The position numbers were made by a program, and so were the translations under genes. A stretch of 60,909 bases of DNA, filler included, from Sphacelaria rigidula (lineage: Eukaryota): NCBI GenBank assembly GCA_964200075.2. It is 9 parts of 9 records of this genome, joined end to end, with 100 filler letters (N's around TTAATTAATTAA, not from the genome) between each part and the next. Parts side by side here need not be neighbours in the genome. Positions count along the whole stretch, not along the records: positions 20,339 to 27,017 come from CAXNAA020018672.1; positions 27,118 to 33,796 come from CAXNAA020018673.1; positions 33,897 to 40,575 come from CAXNAA020018674.1; 6 more parts are not named here. One strand, written 5' to 3'. Below, in pieces: positions 25,406 through 36,997 of this stretch. Under the pieces are notes generated by a model, which saw nothing but the letters and a program-made list of their open reading frames with translations, was not told where the DNA came from and searched no databases. Position 1 is the first letter of the stretch. Every line of letters starts with the position of its first letter.

Positions 25406-25760
25406 TATGTCCCGATTCTCCTGCGCCCATGAGTTTCACACGAATGCCGTTCGCAGGCATCGACTCGTTTGGGCGCCATTAGGACGTCCCAGATGCTTGA
25501 ACGTTTTTATTGGTGGATGTGTAGGGATCAGTGTACTCGTTAGTGGGTTCGGCGTTGCCTTTTGTACCAAGCGCGCAAGACTTCACGTCAACCAGTTCGT
25601 TTGCCGATTGTTTCCATGCCACTCCCAAACGGGCCTGGTGAAGTAGTTTCGTGGGACTATTTTGGTTCTTTGCCCCTGACGGAGAGAGGTAGTAAGTATA
25701 TTTTATTGTTTACAGATATATTTAGTCGACATGCGGTGATGCACGCTGTCCCTGCCGGTA

Positions 25761-26663
25761 CAGTAGTAGTCAGCGTCAGAAGTATGCAGAATTCATAATT
25801 TCTTAGTTTTCCGAAAACAATTCCAAATTTGTTTCGCTTGCCACCGCTGATCACAGTGACTGTTGGAATCCAAAAACTGGGCATCTGGAGATATGTGGAT
25901 CCTCTTGAGAAATGTTGAAAGAAAAAGTATCTGCGATCAATGTTGAGGGATTTACGGGCTTGACCGATCTTCGGGGGTCCTGCGAAAGTGCAACCCCAGG
26001 TTCTAGCTTTTCGGCATTTTCGGTGGACCGACTCGATCCCCATCACAGAAGTGAAGACTCAAAAATGTTTTTTCTTCTATCCCATCTATTCGCTGCGCTC
26101 AAGCCGGACAACTATGTTTCTTGGACCATTCACAGTCAATAACACCCTCCTGATAAACGGGGTATCTAGTCCGTATCGCCCCCACAACACCAACTTAGGC
26201 ACTGTGATTTGAGTATGGTCTGCTTATTTTGCCAAAACTATCGACGCTAGCACTTTCTAGTGCTCATGGAAAATGTTATGCGAAAAAAACTCGAAAAGAG
26301 GCCATCTGAAGAAAATGCTAGGCTGAGGTCTGTGCAGTATAGGAGGGAAACCCGATCTCGATCGTTGTTGTGAAGAGTTGTATACGTGTTCATTTATCTG
26401 AATTTTCACCGTTTTGTCGCGGAAGAGCCGAAAACTGTTTTCATTGGACCAAAAACGGTCAATAACCCTTCTGATAAATGGGGCATCTAGTTCGTATCGC
26501 CCCAAAAACACCAACTTGAGCACTGCAGTTTAAGCGCGGCCTACGCTTTCCCCCCAAATCTACTGTCGCTAGCACTTTCAAGTAGTAACGAACATTAATA
26601 CTCAAGTAAAATTCAAAAACTACAACAACTACGAATTCTGAAAACTTCTGATGCTGACTACTT
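25761..26663. mobile_element. Tc1/mariner-type non-autonomous element with ~30-bp TIRs and an internal ~320-bp duplication
   Basis: TA|CAGTAGTAGTCAGCGTCAGAAGT..CAGAATTC vs GAATTCTGAAAACTTCTGATGCTGACTACTT|TA. Internal gtcaataac.ccct...cgtatcgccc at ~26135 and ~26458; related segments at 11140, 11432, 17430-17520(-). Confidence 0.75.
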
Positions 26664-27723
26664 TACGAGAACAGAACCAAATAAATCTGGCCAAGGTGGC
26701 CAGGGCGAACTCGGTGTTGGATGATATGGTACATAACCACCCGGTGTGGAAGGTTGTTAATTGTGTGGTTTCACTCATGGTCAATGTAGGATCCAGGATA
26801 CTATCACGAGACTATCGGAGGAAAATGTGGCGGATTAACCGGTGGGAAACGGTACTGGTGATTTCCAGAAATGGTACTGAGAACGACGGTTCGGATCGAT
26901 TCTCGGAATGTTCTGGAAAGTGTTGGTTGTTCTTACTTTTGTTCTCGAATGATCCGGAAACGACGGGGAGTTATATTGTGGTATGCGGTATGTTTCTGCG
27001 GGATAAAACAAGAGATANNNNNNNNNNNNNNNNNNNNNNNNNNNNNNNNNNNNNNNNNNNNTTAATTAATTAANNNNNNNNNNNNNNNNNNNNNNNNNNN
27101 NNNNNNNNNNNNNNNNNCCTGGTCCGGCGAAAACCCGGCGTGCTCCGACCCGGCTTTGTAGGGATGCGAGGTCAATGGTCAGATGACAATGGCATGCATG
27201 ATCATGAGTGCACCCCCCCTTCTTTGTAGAGTTTTTCTTCAGCCAGCGTTTTCCTTTGTTCACAGGTCGCTTCACATGCGACGACCAGATTGATTGACAG
27301 ATCGAATGTCGCAGATTAGCTGGTGTTAATGCCGTCCCCAGGACTCCAGCCGTGGTTACAATTACAAAGTCAGACAATCAAAAACATTAATCTCAACGTC
27401 TTTACTAGTTCGTTTCCGTTCCTTCCCTTCCCTTCCCTTCCCTTTCGTTTCCTGCTCGGCCTTGCCGTTGGATCTTTTTGTTATTTTTTGCTTTTCAATT
27501 TACTCCCTTCGTTTTGTTCATGTGTGTGTGTATGTGTGTGTGCGTGTGTGTGTTTTTTTTTCTCTTGTCTCTAGCGGCAGTATCCGTTTTGTTCACCATG
27601 AGTACGCCTTATTTCTATCTAATGACCAGGGCTGATGTCACAGCGGGTCAGTTGATGCATGACAAAGAATCAATCGATCTCATCAGCGTACTGTGTTTTC
27701 CTGCGTTTGTCGCTCTCGGCCAG

Positions 27724-27814
27724 TTACTCGGGTAGCTTCCAAGGTTTCCTCAACTCCTACTTTGCCGGGTTCGAGTCCTGCACGTTGTTCGACCTTGAAA
27801 ACGTACATCTTCAG
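27724..27814 (+). CDS. GT8 (glycogenin/IPUT1-like) glycosyltransferase homologue, exon
   Basis: ggccag|T TAC... encodes YSGSFQGFLNSYFAGFESCTLFDLENVHLQ|gtacgt. Corresponds to the GT8 'SYxGGDQGFLNSYF' motif. Confidence 0.7.
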
Positions 27815-29828
27815 GTACGTGTCGCTACAGTGCGTACCGCCGTGTGTTCTGTTCAATACCTGGGCGTGTTTCTGATTGATTGTTACGGCTATCGCGCATC
27901 ATCATTTTTTCCCCCTACTACGAACGTACCTATTGACTCTATTTCTATCTTTCTCGGAAACTTGTATTACAATATCTTCCGATTTAGTATTCAAATCTTC
28001 TCTTTTTTTTCTTAGTGGGTGACACACCTCTTAGTCCAGGTCCAAGATCCTCAACCAACTATATGTTTTAGAGCTCAATCTTGCCGGCGCGCGGGGGGGG
28101 GGTAGGGGGGGTGATGGAGAGAGTATTCTCAATCTAAGTCATTAGGCTGACAAACGCAGCCAGACTTACTAGAATAAAGTTGGTTCACGAGTTAGAAGCA
28201 CGCTTCTAGACTGGTTTCAAGATTTCGAGAGTTCCTAGAATATGAAGTTGATCGCGAGTCAGAAATATCAAGCTAACGTGGTGGTTGAAGTAACATCAAT
28301 GAGGTGGCTGAGTTCAGGACGTCTGTGGTGACTATGCCGCACTCCGTTGTCTGTGTAGAATAGGCGCTTCAACAGATCAGGATGCCTCATCTGTTGTCTA
28401 TTTACGTTACATCACTCTTGCAGAAGCCTGCAGCGGCCTGCAGAGGCTCCATACTGCCTATACCTTGATGTTCGGCCGATGCGTATTGTCTCCCTCACCA
28501 CCAACAAAGGGGAGGGAGGGGCGGAGTAGGTTGGTAGTAGGGAGGGAGGGAGAGAGGGTCGAGAGTCACGTAATCTATTATTGATTATTGCGTTTGTTCT
28601 AGTTTTCCCACCTACGTTGCAGTTCGTATGGAATGATGAAAATGAGAATAAAACGAAGACGAGAAACGTATGAAAACGCCCGTTTAACCCAGAGTTTGTT
28701 CCAGAGAAAGAAGAGGGGCCTGGACCCGGACGCTGGCAAAGGCTTAATCCACAAATCTAGGTTGGCACCCACTGTGGACTATCATTTTTGTCAACCACAG
28801 CGAGGTACCAGGAAAGTGAAACATGAGTTTTTTCTTTCTTCGCGTCAGGCACAACGATTGAGAATTTTGGAGTGTAACGTAAACGTGATACGATGACTTA
28901 TTGTGGTACAGTACATATAGTACAGCAGAGCGGCTGAGTGTATAGATAATGCAGTGCCTGATTGCAGAACAAGAGGTATAGTTTGACCTCCAACTTCTGC
29001 TACTTCAAAGGGGTCAGCACGGTCTGTGCAGGCAGTGCACCGAGATACATGTAGTGTAGTGAAAGCGTATCGTTGTCTACTGTACAGTACAGACGGTAAG
29101 ATTGTGTCCGCAGCAGTATATGCTACACGATACTGTAATGTAGTGTCGTGGAGCACAGTGCAACAGCATCCCACTATACAGTCAGTACAGGCGGGTGCAG
29201 TACAGTGAAGTAAATACCACTTCACAATCCTATGAATCGTGAAGAAGCCGACAACCATCTTCCGAGCCACACAGGCCTGATCCAGAAATCAGATGAATAG
29301 CTTGACTTCACCTATTTTTTTCGTGACCTTGCGATTCTTCATACGAATTGTCAAACTACAACTCTCAGAACTGAGCTGCGACATCCAGATTTAGTGCATT
29401 TAGTGCCGGTGGCCGCATTTGCCCAACTGGTGACCTCGTAACCTTTTGACGGTTGGGTCGTGGGTTTGAATCTCCGTGATGTCCCGCGATTTGGGATTAT
29501 TTTCTCACACCATTCTCAACAATGGAGAGCGACCATGTCGTGGGTCCACAAAATTCGACGTCACCGTCGACGAGGGATAGGGACGGCTGAAAACCTCTCG
29601 CGATATAAAAGAAGGTAAGCACCGCAGAAGGAAGGTGGAGTACTAAAACAAGCAGAAAGAAAAACTCCTGTGTTGACCTTCCTCCCGTGTGACCCCGGCT
29701 GATGCCCCCACATACACCGAAAGGTGTAGACTGGCGAATAGAATAGATGGCACGACAACACACAGTCCAACATAGTGTAACACCTTGAATTTAGCGTGAC
29801 GGCTTATGCGCGCCATATCCCTCCATAG

Positions 29829-29920
29829 GTGATGAACCAGGTGGAGGTGGGGGCAATGATCGTTTCCCCTTGCCTCAAGGAGTGTCTACACCAAACCTCA
29901 GCGTCGTCCGCTCACATACG
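29829..29920 (+). CDS. Probable exon of GT8-like gene (insert region)
   Basis: ctccatag|GTG...ATA CG|gtactg; phases 0/2 fit the flanking exons. Confidence 0.45.
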
Positions 29921-30255
29921 GTACTGTGATGGAGTTTCGTATAGACTCTTTAGGGTGTGGTACCCTACCCGAAGTACCTTATCCAGATGTAGAAATACTC
30001 AGTATTGGTACCCCAGGTACCCTGTACCACTCGGCACTGCAAATACCGTGAAACTCAGGGTACCTAGGGTGCAATACGTTTTACGGGATAAGGAGCCGTT
30101 ACAGGAATAGTGAGAAGAACCCAGGTTCATATGACAGTCTCGTGAGGGAGGGTTGGAGAAGTTAGGGTCGCGTTTTTCCAAGAAGATGGCGTCCGCGTGT
30201 AGAAATGCCAAGGCGTTGCGCTGACTATCTGTTCCTTGATGTTCCTTTGTGTCAG

Positions 30256-30460
30256 GCGGAACAATATCCTGGAGCGTAAGGGCCCGCTTCTATGTCGAGG
30301 TCTACGAATCAGTGTTGTATCAGCCACGGAGCAGACAATCGTACAAGAGAATAGGATCGAGCACAATGAAATAACAGGAGCTAGTTGCCGACACATTACT
30401 CCGTGTGGGTGTATAGAGCGCTTTAACCCTAAAGCCCGTCTCCTCCCCTCCGGCCCCCAG
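30256..30460 (+). CDS. Probable exon of GT8-like gene (insert region)
   Basis: ctttgtgtcag|G CGG AAC...CCC CAG|gttcag; open, phases 2/0 fit. Confidence 0.45.
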
Positions 30461-30658
30461 GTTCAGGAGATGATTTTTGAGTAGCAGTTTTTTCTTGATA
30501 AAAGTTGGTACGGACCTTCTACTGTAGGGCGGCAACCTTTTCCCAAACACACTCTCTCAACACATAAATTTTACCTGCGAAATGGTGAAGGAGAAGTAGC
30601 AAACACACTTTGTGATCCTAGATTCTTCGACAAGACTAAGATACGAATACACCCTCAA

Positions 30659-31231
30659 CCTGGTCCGGCGAGAACCCGGCGTGCTCCGTCCCGGCTTTGA
30701 AGGGACGGACACCCGATGGGGTCGGCGTCGGTTCGCGATGACGCTGTAAAACATGTCACTCGCTGCGTAAGCCAGGCAACCAGGTTACCGATTTCATTTT
30801 GCGCGCTTACGTTTTTTTCTGGCGGTAACCATGATGGTAGTCGAGCTGGATCATGTTGTGCGGCGTGGGAGAACCTCAACTCCGCACAAAGAGGACGACC
30901 GCACTACGTGGTGTTTGAATGGTGAGACACCCATGAGGCAGTATATGAGCCATGGCTGTCTCTAGAAGTGACGATACCAGAAAATGAAGCACCTCATTGT
31001 AGGCTGTGATCCAAATGCAAGATCATCAGTACGCTTCGGGCTGAAGAATCTCAGTAGGATGCAGCTCACCCGTCATGCGACTCGCCGAACACACCACGGC
31101 GCTTCGTGGTTTGCGCTTGGTGATTCAGTGTGAGCCTCTGGTCCGGCGAAAACCCGGCGTGCTCCGACCCGGCGTTGTAGGGATGCGAGGTCAATAATTA
31201 TATGACTATGGCATGCAAGATCATGAGTACG
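30659..31231 (-). mobile_element. Full ~575-bp copy of non-coding repeat family B with two ~46-bp direct repeats
   Basis: ctggtccggcga.aacccggcgtgctccg.cccggc.ttg.aggga at 30660 and 31138. Other copies: 40115-40575, 58956-59436, 13374-13459, 27118-27212, 33741-33796. Strand is arbitrary. Confidence 0.85.
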
Positions 31232-31323
31232 CCCGCCCCCCTCCCCCCATTTCCCCATTTCCCCTCCCATCCCCTTCATGCCCTCCGTCCTCTCAATCTC
31301 GATCCTCCCTGGAACTGGAACAG

Positions 31324-31595
31324 AACTCCCGCACAAATCCAGCGCGTGGGCCCGATGCGGAGTTGCTGGACCACTCGTGTAACCGCCTCCCCACTCGCTA
31401 CAACGGAGAGCTGTCTCTCGTAATGCTTAACGGCGGGCTGGGCATGGTGCGCACCAAAAATGAAATGCCGCAGCCATGGTGGAAGCAGCGCAGGGCGAGG
31501 GTGGTGAGATTCGACTTCGCGGGTCTTCGGCCGTGGATGTGGTTTGCGGCGCCGTTCTTGCCGTTTGTGTCCATTTGGGAACAGGTGCATCGGAG
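31324..31595 (+). CDS. GT8 (IPUT1-like) homologue exon
   Basis: ggaacag|AAC. CNRLPTRYNGELSL...ARVVRFDFAGLRPWMWF...W, donor AG|gtgagc. Matches the GT8 'RLxxxYN' and 'vHf...KPW' region. Confidence 0.75.
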
Positions 31596-31619
31596 GTGAG
31601 CATGACATTTGTGGCTGCT

Positions 31620-31793
31620 GCTGTTGTTGTTACTACTGTAGTAGAATCAGTATTAGTATTAGAATTAGTATTAGCATTACCGTAGTACTTGTGTTAGCGT
31701 TGGTATTAGTATCAGTATCAGTATAAGTATTAGTGTTACAGTAGTGTTGGGGTTGGTATAAGTGTTAGTATCAGCACTAGTATTAGTGCTATT

Positions 31794-31829
<36 letters not shown>

Positions 31830-31866
31830 ATTATTATTATCATTATTATCATTATTATCATTATTA

Positions 31867-31939
<73 letters not shown>

Positions 31940-32060
31940 GTAGTTGTAGTTGTAGTTGTAGTTATAGTTGTAGTTGTAGTTGTAGTTGTAGCAGGAGTTG
32001 TAGGAGTAGCAGTGTGTAGCAGTGTGTAGCAGTGGTAGTAATAGTGGTTGTTGTGTAGTA
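31620..32060. repeat. Compound microsatellite (TTAGTA)n-(ATG)n-(ATT)n-(GTAGTT)n, intronic
   Basis: Directly visible runs. Confidence 0.95.
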
Positions 32061-32861
32061 CTTCCTCTGTGCCATACATAAAGTCCATTATGGGAGGCAG
32101 ATCGTATATGGCCAATGGAGTTGCCCACGATGCTGTAGTCAAAGTTTTTTGGAAAGCTGTTGATGCGCTGGTGCTCACTAAAAACAAAAAAATCTGAGCC
32201 GAAATTACCGAGAATTAGTGGGTCAAAAAGTGGGAACTTCGGTAGGATTTTGAGATTTTTTTCGAGAATGTTTCTGATGATTGTTTCGAGAATTTATGCT
32301 TTTCTCCGTGTTTGAACGCTTATCACCCCCCACGGCCACGATGGAGACCCCCCAAAACGTAAACGGGGCGCAGGAGTGCCGTTGGGCCACTGGTACGCAA
32401 TGGCGGTGGAGATGGCGTTGGCCATTCCCCCAGGAAAAACAAGGATGCCCAAGGGTGTTCTAGGCCCCGTGACGGCGCGTTATAGCGTTGGGAATGACTA
32501 CCCTAGAAAACATTGGGCCGAGTGTAAAGCTCAGATCTACGACACCGGGGAGGTCAACCTCTGGAGCAAACCTCGTAGTGGGCGGCCATCACTTCTTACC
32601 CCAACGAAAGCCGCTGCGCTGCGGAAGATCAACAGGAAGAACCGATACTTTATTGCCCCTGCAAAAGGGTCTAAATATGGCCTTTTCGGGGCCGAATACT
32701 TTTTTTCCGGCCGTTCACGTATGCCCGGGGGTGCTTGGAGAAAAAAACCCGGGTTTCAACCCCAAATCATCAAGGATGTCGAAAAATAATTCCCCGGCGG
32801 CATCGGACATGGTTAAGGGTCCGTGTAATCATAACGGACTTTGCTTATGGCACAGAGGAAG
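32061..32861 (+). mobile_element. Internally deleted Tc1/mariner element with Stowaway-like TIRs and transposase N-terminal remnant
   Basis: TA|CTTCCTCTGTGCCATA..AAAGTCC.TTATG ... CATAACGGACTTTGCTTATGGCACAGAGGAAG|TA. Internal ORF MPKG...KPRSGRPSLLTP contains a GRP linker motif. Confidence 0.8.
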
Positions 32862-33065
32862 TAGTAGCAGTAGTAGCAGTAGTAGCATTTAGTGCTTCCG
32901 ATGTCTCTTGAGTTGGTAAATAACCGCGTAAGCACGTCAATCTCGATCGATCCTAGCCCCAGCCCGTACACCTCATCAAGAGTTTTTCTTCTATCGGTGC
33001 TGTCATCTAGATTTCGAATGTAACGCACACTTTCCCCCCTCCCCTGTTCATCTTCTCCCCACCAG

Positions 33066-33276
33066 GGTGCAACCTCGTGATCGCCGGTCGAGATTGTCTT
33101 GGCAGTTGTTAAAGTGGTTGGGATTTATAGTGTTTGTGGGGGCTGCTCTTCGCATGGTATCGAGTCCTGAAGCCAGGGGCCACATGTATCATAGATGGAG
33201 GAGCGGGGCAAAGACGAACGCCTCTTTAGCGTGTTGCAGGGGCCGGGAGAGGTCGCGTTTTCTTCAGCTTTTGTGA
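33066..33276 (+). CDS. Probable last exon of GT8-like gene, with hydrophobic (TM) segment
   Basis: cttctccccaccag|G GTG in phase 2; WQLLKWLGFIVFVGAALRMV; stop TGA. Confidence 0.6.
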
Positions 33277-34536
33277 GTCCCGAGTGTTTCGCACATGTGA
33301 CTGAAATAAAACGTATAGCATACTGTAGAGTTTCGACAAACGCTTCCGCACGTTTTTGTCAGATGGTTGGTTGTAGCGGGCATCGAACAACCTTCTCGAA
33401 CGTTTTCCCGGACGTTGCGCCAAGTGAAGAGCAACTTCCGGAACCTTTGCAGGTCTTGTGAGACTACAGTGCAACAACTTCCCAACTGTTTCATCAGATG
33501 TTGTCTTAAGCATGGAGCCACCTCCGAAACTTGGGTTCAATGTCAAATAATACGGAGTATAGCGTGTCCGAAAATGGGTTGATGTAAATTCGAAGAATGT
33601 TTTCCGTACTGCCGTACGCGCAGGGTATCTATCGTTGATGTGTTGACGTGCGACTCGTGTTTTGTGTGTACAATCGGTATAGCGCGAAATCCCCTTGTAA
33701 CATGGCGCACACGCATCAATTCCCCCCCCCCCCCCATTAGCCTGGTCCGGCGAGAACCCGGCGTGCTCCGTCCCGGCTTTGTAGGGGCGGACCCCCNNNN
33801 NNNNNNNNNNNNNNNNNNNNNNNNNNNNNNNNNNNNNNNNTTAATTAATTAANNNNNNNNNNNNNNNNNNNNNNNNNNNNNNNNNNNNNNNNNNNNATTT
33901 GGGGTCTACCAAGGCCTCACTTTGTTCAAAGAAAGTATGTACCGCCCTTGCCCGAGGGTTCTCGGTGTGCGTTGGGTTGGATCAACCCAACTAGCCTCCT
34001 GGCATTCCAGCGTTCGCAAGCATGGACGAAAAGCTACGCAGTGGCATGCAGCGTATGTGGAACAACGGAAGTAACGGTAGAGTTCTCTGTATGAATTTTG
34101 GATCCATGTCGTTCTCTTCCGATGACGTTAGGCATATTTTACCCGACGAGCCTGAATAAGCCCCAAAAGTCGATCTGTTCGTGTCTTTTCGTGATTTTGG
34201 TCGCTGACACTTTGTTTGCCCAGTTTGGGGGGTCAGGCGCGCCCATAACAGTCGAACGGATCGGGATGAATGTGTCGAGACCGGGTGTTAATATTAGCAT
34301 CCACTCTTCAATGGCATTGGCGGAAACTGTCTAGCATTCCTGGTACCGGTATGGAGTCTCACATACACCAGGTACCAGATTTTCGCACTGACCGGGTATC
34401 CGTCTTCGGCGGAAACAGTGTCAAGGCAAACGGCCACTTTCAGGTACAGCTCCGGGAGGTATGGGTTTATTCCCTGAGACCATGGACTTGTCCCGAGGAA
34501 GGAGAGGGGTTGATAACGAGACGATGAAAGAAAAAA

Positions 34537-36047
34537 AGCTCCGTGACATAATGAGAGACCCAAACACTCCATTCTGATTATCCAAGAAAGTAAAAACACC
34601 TTAACGTTACCGAAAACGCAGCAGGGATACCTGGACTTGCCTACTTTCCGCCACAAATGTATCTAGGGACTACGAGAGTACCTGAAAAATTCCAGGAAAA
34701 ACGGTACAGGAAAATCGCTCGGCAACTGGGAGGCGCAACCTCCAGGTACAGTGAGACACTTGTTCTGCCTCTTTGCCGCGAATGTTTGGTACGCCACAAA
34801 TGCGATACTTATGGAATTTTGCTTGAAGACTCTGGACATGGAAGCAAGGAGGCAGCAGAACCGGTCTTTGCCGCGCGCGTTTGGTTCTCCACGAATGCCG
34901 GGAGCTGCTTTTGCCAGATCTTTGTGCCCCGCATGCTCCCTTGTTCTTCATTTCGGGTCTGATTGCACCTGAAAAATGTCTCACGTTTCGCGACACTCAC
35001 GAATGAAATGGCGACAACCTATACAGTACCGTCACCAGCAGTGTACCATGCCAAAACGGTTACGGCATTACAATACTGTGCAGGACCGGCTGGTTACGGC
35101 ACTATACCATATGTTCGTGCCGTGATGTACAAGTATGCCGACGGCGATCATCAACGAACACGCGCAATAAAAACATAACACGCGCGGATCACCCCGGACC
35201 TTGCCCTCCTTCCTGCAACCACTCCCACGGCAAATTTTATGTCGCTTGTGGTCAAGGAGGTTGCGCCCTTCTCTAGTTCTACTACTCCTTGCCCATGCTC
35301 TGATAAATTTCCTTGTTGACTTCATCCGGGGATGCGCTGCGCACAACAGTTGATTTGTGCTGTGCTGTGTGCAATTGTTTATGCGCGTTCATTGATGACC
35401 GTTATCGGCATACTTTGCTCGTCACTCACGAGTGGACAGCGCGTTGCCGTCAAGGACTCACTCCAGTACAGTACAGTAGTGCCGTAGCCGGTGTAGTACA
35501 GTATAGAGTAAAGTGCAGTACTGGGGGGGACGGCATTGTACAGGTGACGGCACTGTACGGGTTGTCACTAGTTCGTTCGTGAGTATCACGGGACTCATGC
35601 ACCAGGTGCAGTCAGATCCGAGACAGGGGACAAAGAGGTACCAACAGATTCTGCGGAGCTGAGGACAAGGAAGCATGCGGGGCAAAGATCCGACAAGAGC
35701 GACTCCCGGCAGGAGCGTTGAAGCGACCGCGCGCGACAAAGAGCCGGTTATGGTACCTCCTTGCGTCTGCGGGGTTCATGTCCAAAGTATTCGAGCGAAC
35801 TTCCCTGGGTGTCGCATTTGCGGGGTGCGGGATGTTCGCGGCAAAGAGGTAGATTCCGCCTCATAGTTGTGGAGCGCGATTCCGGTTTCCGGAAAATATC
35901 AGGTGCTTTCGGATCTCTAGGTACATATGTGGCGGACAGTAGGCAATGCCAAGTAGCCCTGCCGCGTTTTCGGCAACGTTCATGTATTTTGCCTTTTTGT
36001 CCGACCAAATGGCAGTATTTTGGGCCCTTCATGATGTTACGAAGCTA
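34537..36047. repeat. Pair of diverged ~550-bp inverted repeats (~34537-35105 and ~35470-36047)
   Basis: e.g. ccgaaaacgcagcagggatacctgg..gcctactttccgccaca.atgta.ctag, ctctttgccgcgaa and gccccgcatgct.ccttg match the reverse complement of the right arm. Confidence 0.8.
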
Positions 36048-36214
36048 TGTTTGCGAATGTCCAACAAGTGCCTATGTGTACCTGAATGTGGCCATTTATA
36101 TTCATACATTGAGAAAACGACCCGCGAAGACAAAAAAAGGCTTCGGTACCCTACGAGAAAAACTACGAGGTAGTCCCTACACGCGTGAATTATATTGGCT
36201 AATGTCATTCTCGC

Positions 36215-36312
36215 CTATCCTTCGAAGTGTCGGCCACGTTTTTCGTCGCCTTGGTTCTCACCACCTCCCCCACGACTCCAGCAGTTATCGGGATGGTGAT
36301 CATCTTCCCTGT
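36215..36312 (-). CDS. TMEM65-GAF fusion, GAF exon 2
   Basis: gagcag|ACA. TGKMITIPITAGVVGEVVRTKATKNVADTSKD fits the GAF 'ip...Giag.v..tg...nv.d' pattern. Probable GC donor AG|GCGAGA. Not in the ORF track. Confidence 0.7.
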
Positions 36313-36853
36313 CTGCTCGGCACACGCAAACACAATCAAAACAGCATATCGTGTGATCGAATTGAGTGAATGATGATTTTACACTACTCGTAAGTGTACA
36401 TTAACTGTACCCACTAATAATCCGGTCACGGTCGCACGATGGGTGTACCCAGGGGAGAAAGAGTGTATACACTCAATGAAAATACTGCAAAGGACATTTT
36501 CGTAGAGCTCGTCGATACGTGTTGTACGTATCTGCTTGTCCAAGTGGGGAAAACATGTTGTGCTTCCCTCGCGTTTCTTGGCTAGCACGCTGGTATCATT
36601 CCGCGCGCCCACTGCTGCGCTGCCCTTACTGAAAGCGCAAAACTCCTCTTTGGATGATCCCCCGTATGTGCATAGTTGCAGCATCACGAGCAACAAGATT
36701 CGGCATCGCATTGCAATGTCTTCTTCCTGCACAGTTGCTGATCTCAGCATCATACACACATGACACTCGAAAAACAATACACCACAACACATCACATACA
36801 TCAATTCAAAACAGAATCACAATGATATAAACTTGACTTGAATAACCACGCAC

Positions 36854-36997
36854 CTTAATTGCCCCGTGTCGATCGGTTGCCACCTTGGTCCAAAGCTCTC
36901 CCCTTTCCTCATCCACAAAGAATATAGAACATCGTTCTGCTTCCACCAGATTGCGTCCGTTATCCAAAATTGACGCCAAGAGAATATCCATATCTCG
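36854..36997 (-). CDS. TMEM65-GAF fusion, GAF exon 1
   Basis: atacag|CGA. RDMDILLASILDNGRNLVEAERCSIFFVDEERGELWTKVA...AIK|gtgcgt. Confidence 0.85.

Larger units (their letters stand above)
23705..26775 (+). pseudogene. pol: Decayed Ty3/Gypsy pol (RNase H, integrase), interrupted by two MITEs
   Basis: RNase H: RRLRQYLYDTPFVIYTGHKSL...RVQRWFEIL and NANADFLSRLP (23717-23900). Integrase: LERFYWW and PLPNGPGEVVSWDYFGSLPLTERGSKYILLFTDIFSRHA (25490-25760). Many stops and frameshifts. Confidence 0.85.

Noticed and set aside
31010..31040. Possible hammerhead ribozyme core (CTGATGA on minus strand) in family B
   Set aside because: No properly placed GAAA or stem II, and the motif is not conserved in the 40115 and 58956 copies
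31736..32187. Poly-Ile / poly-Thr ORFs
   Set aside because: Translations of intronic microsatellites
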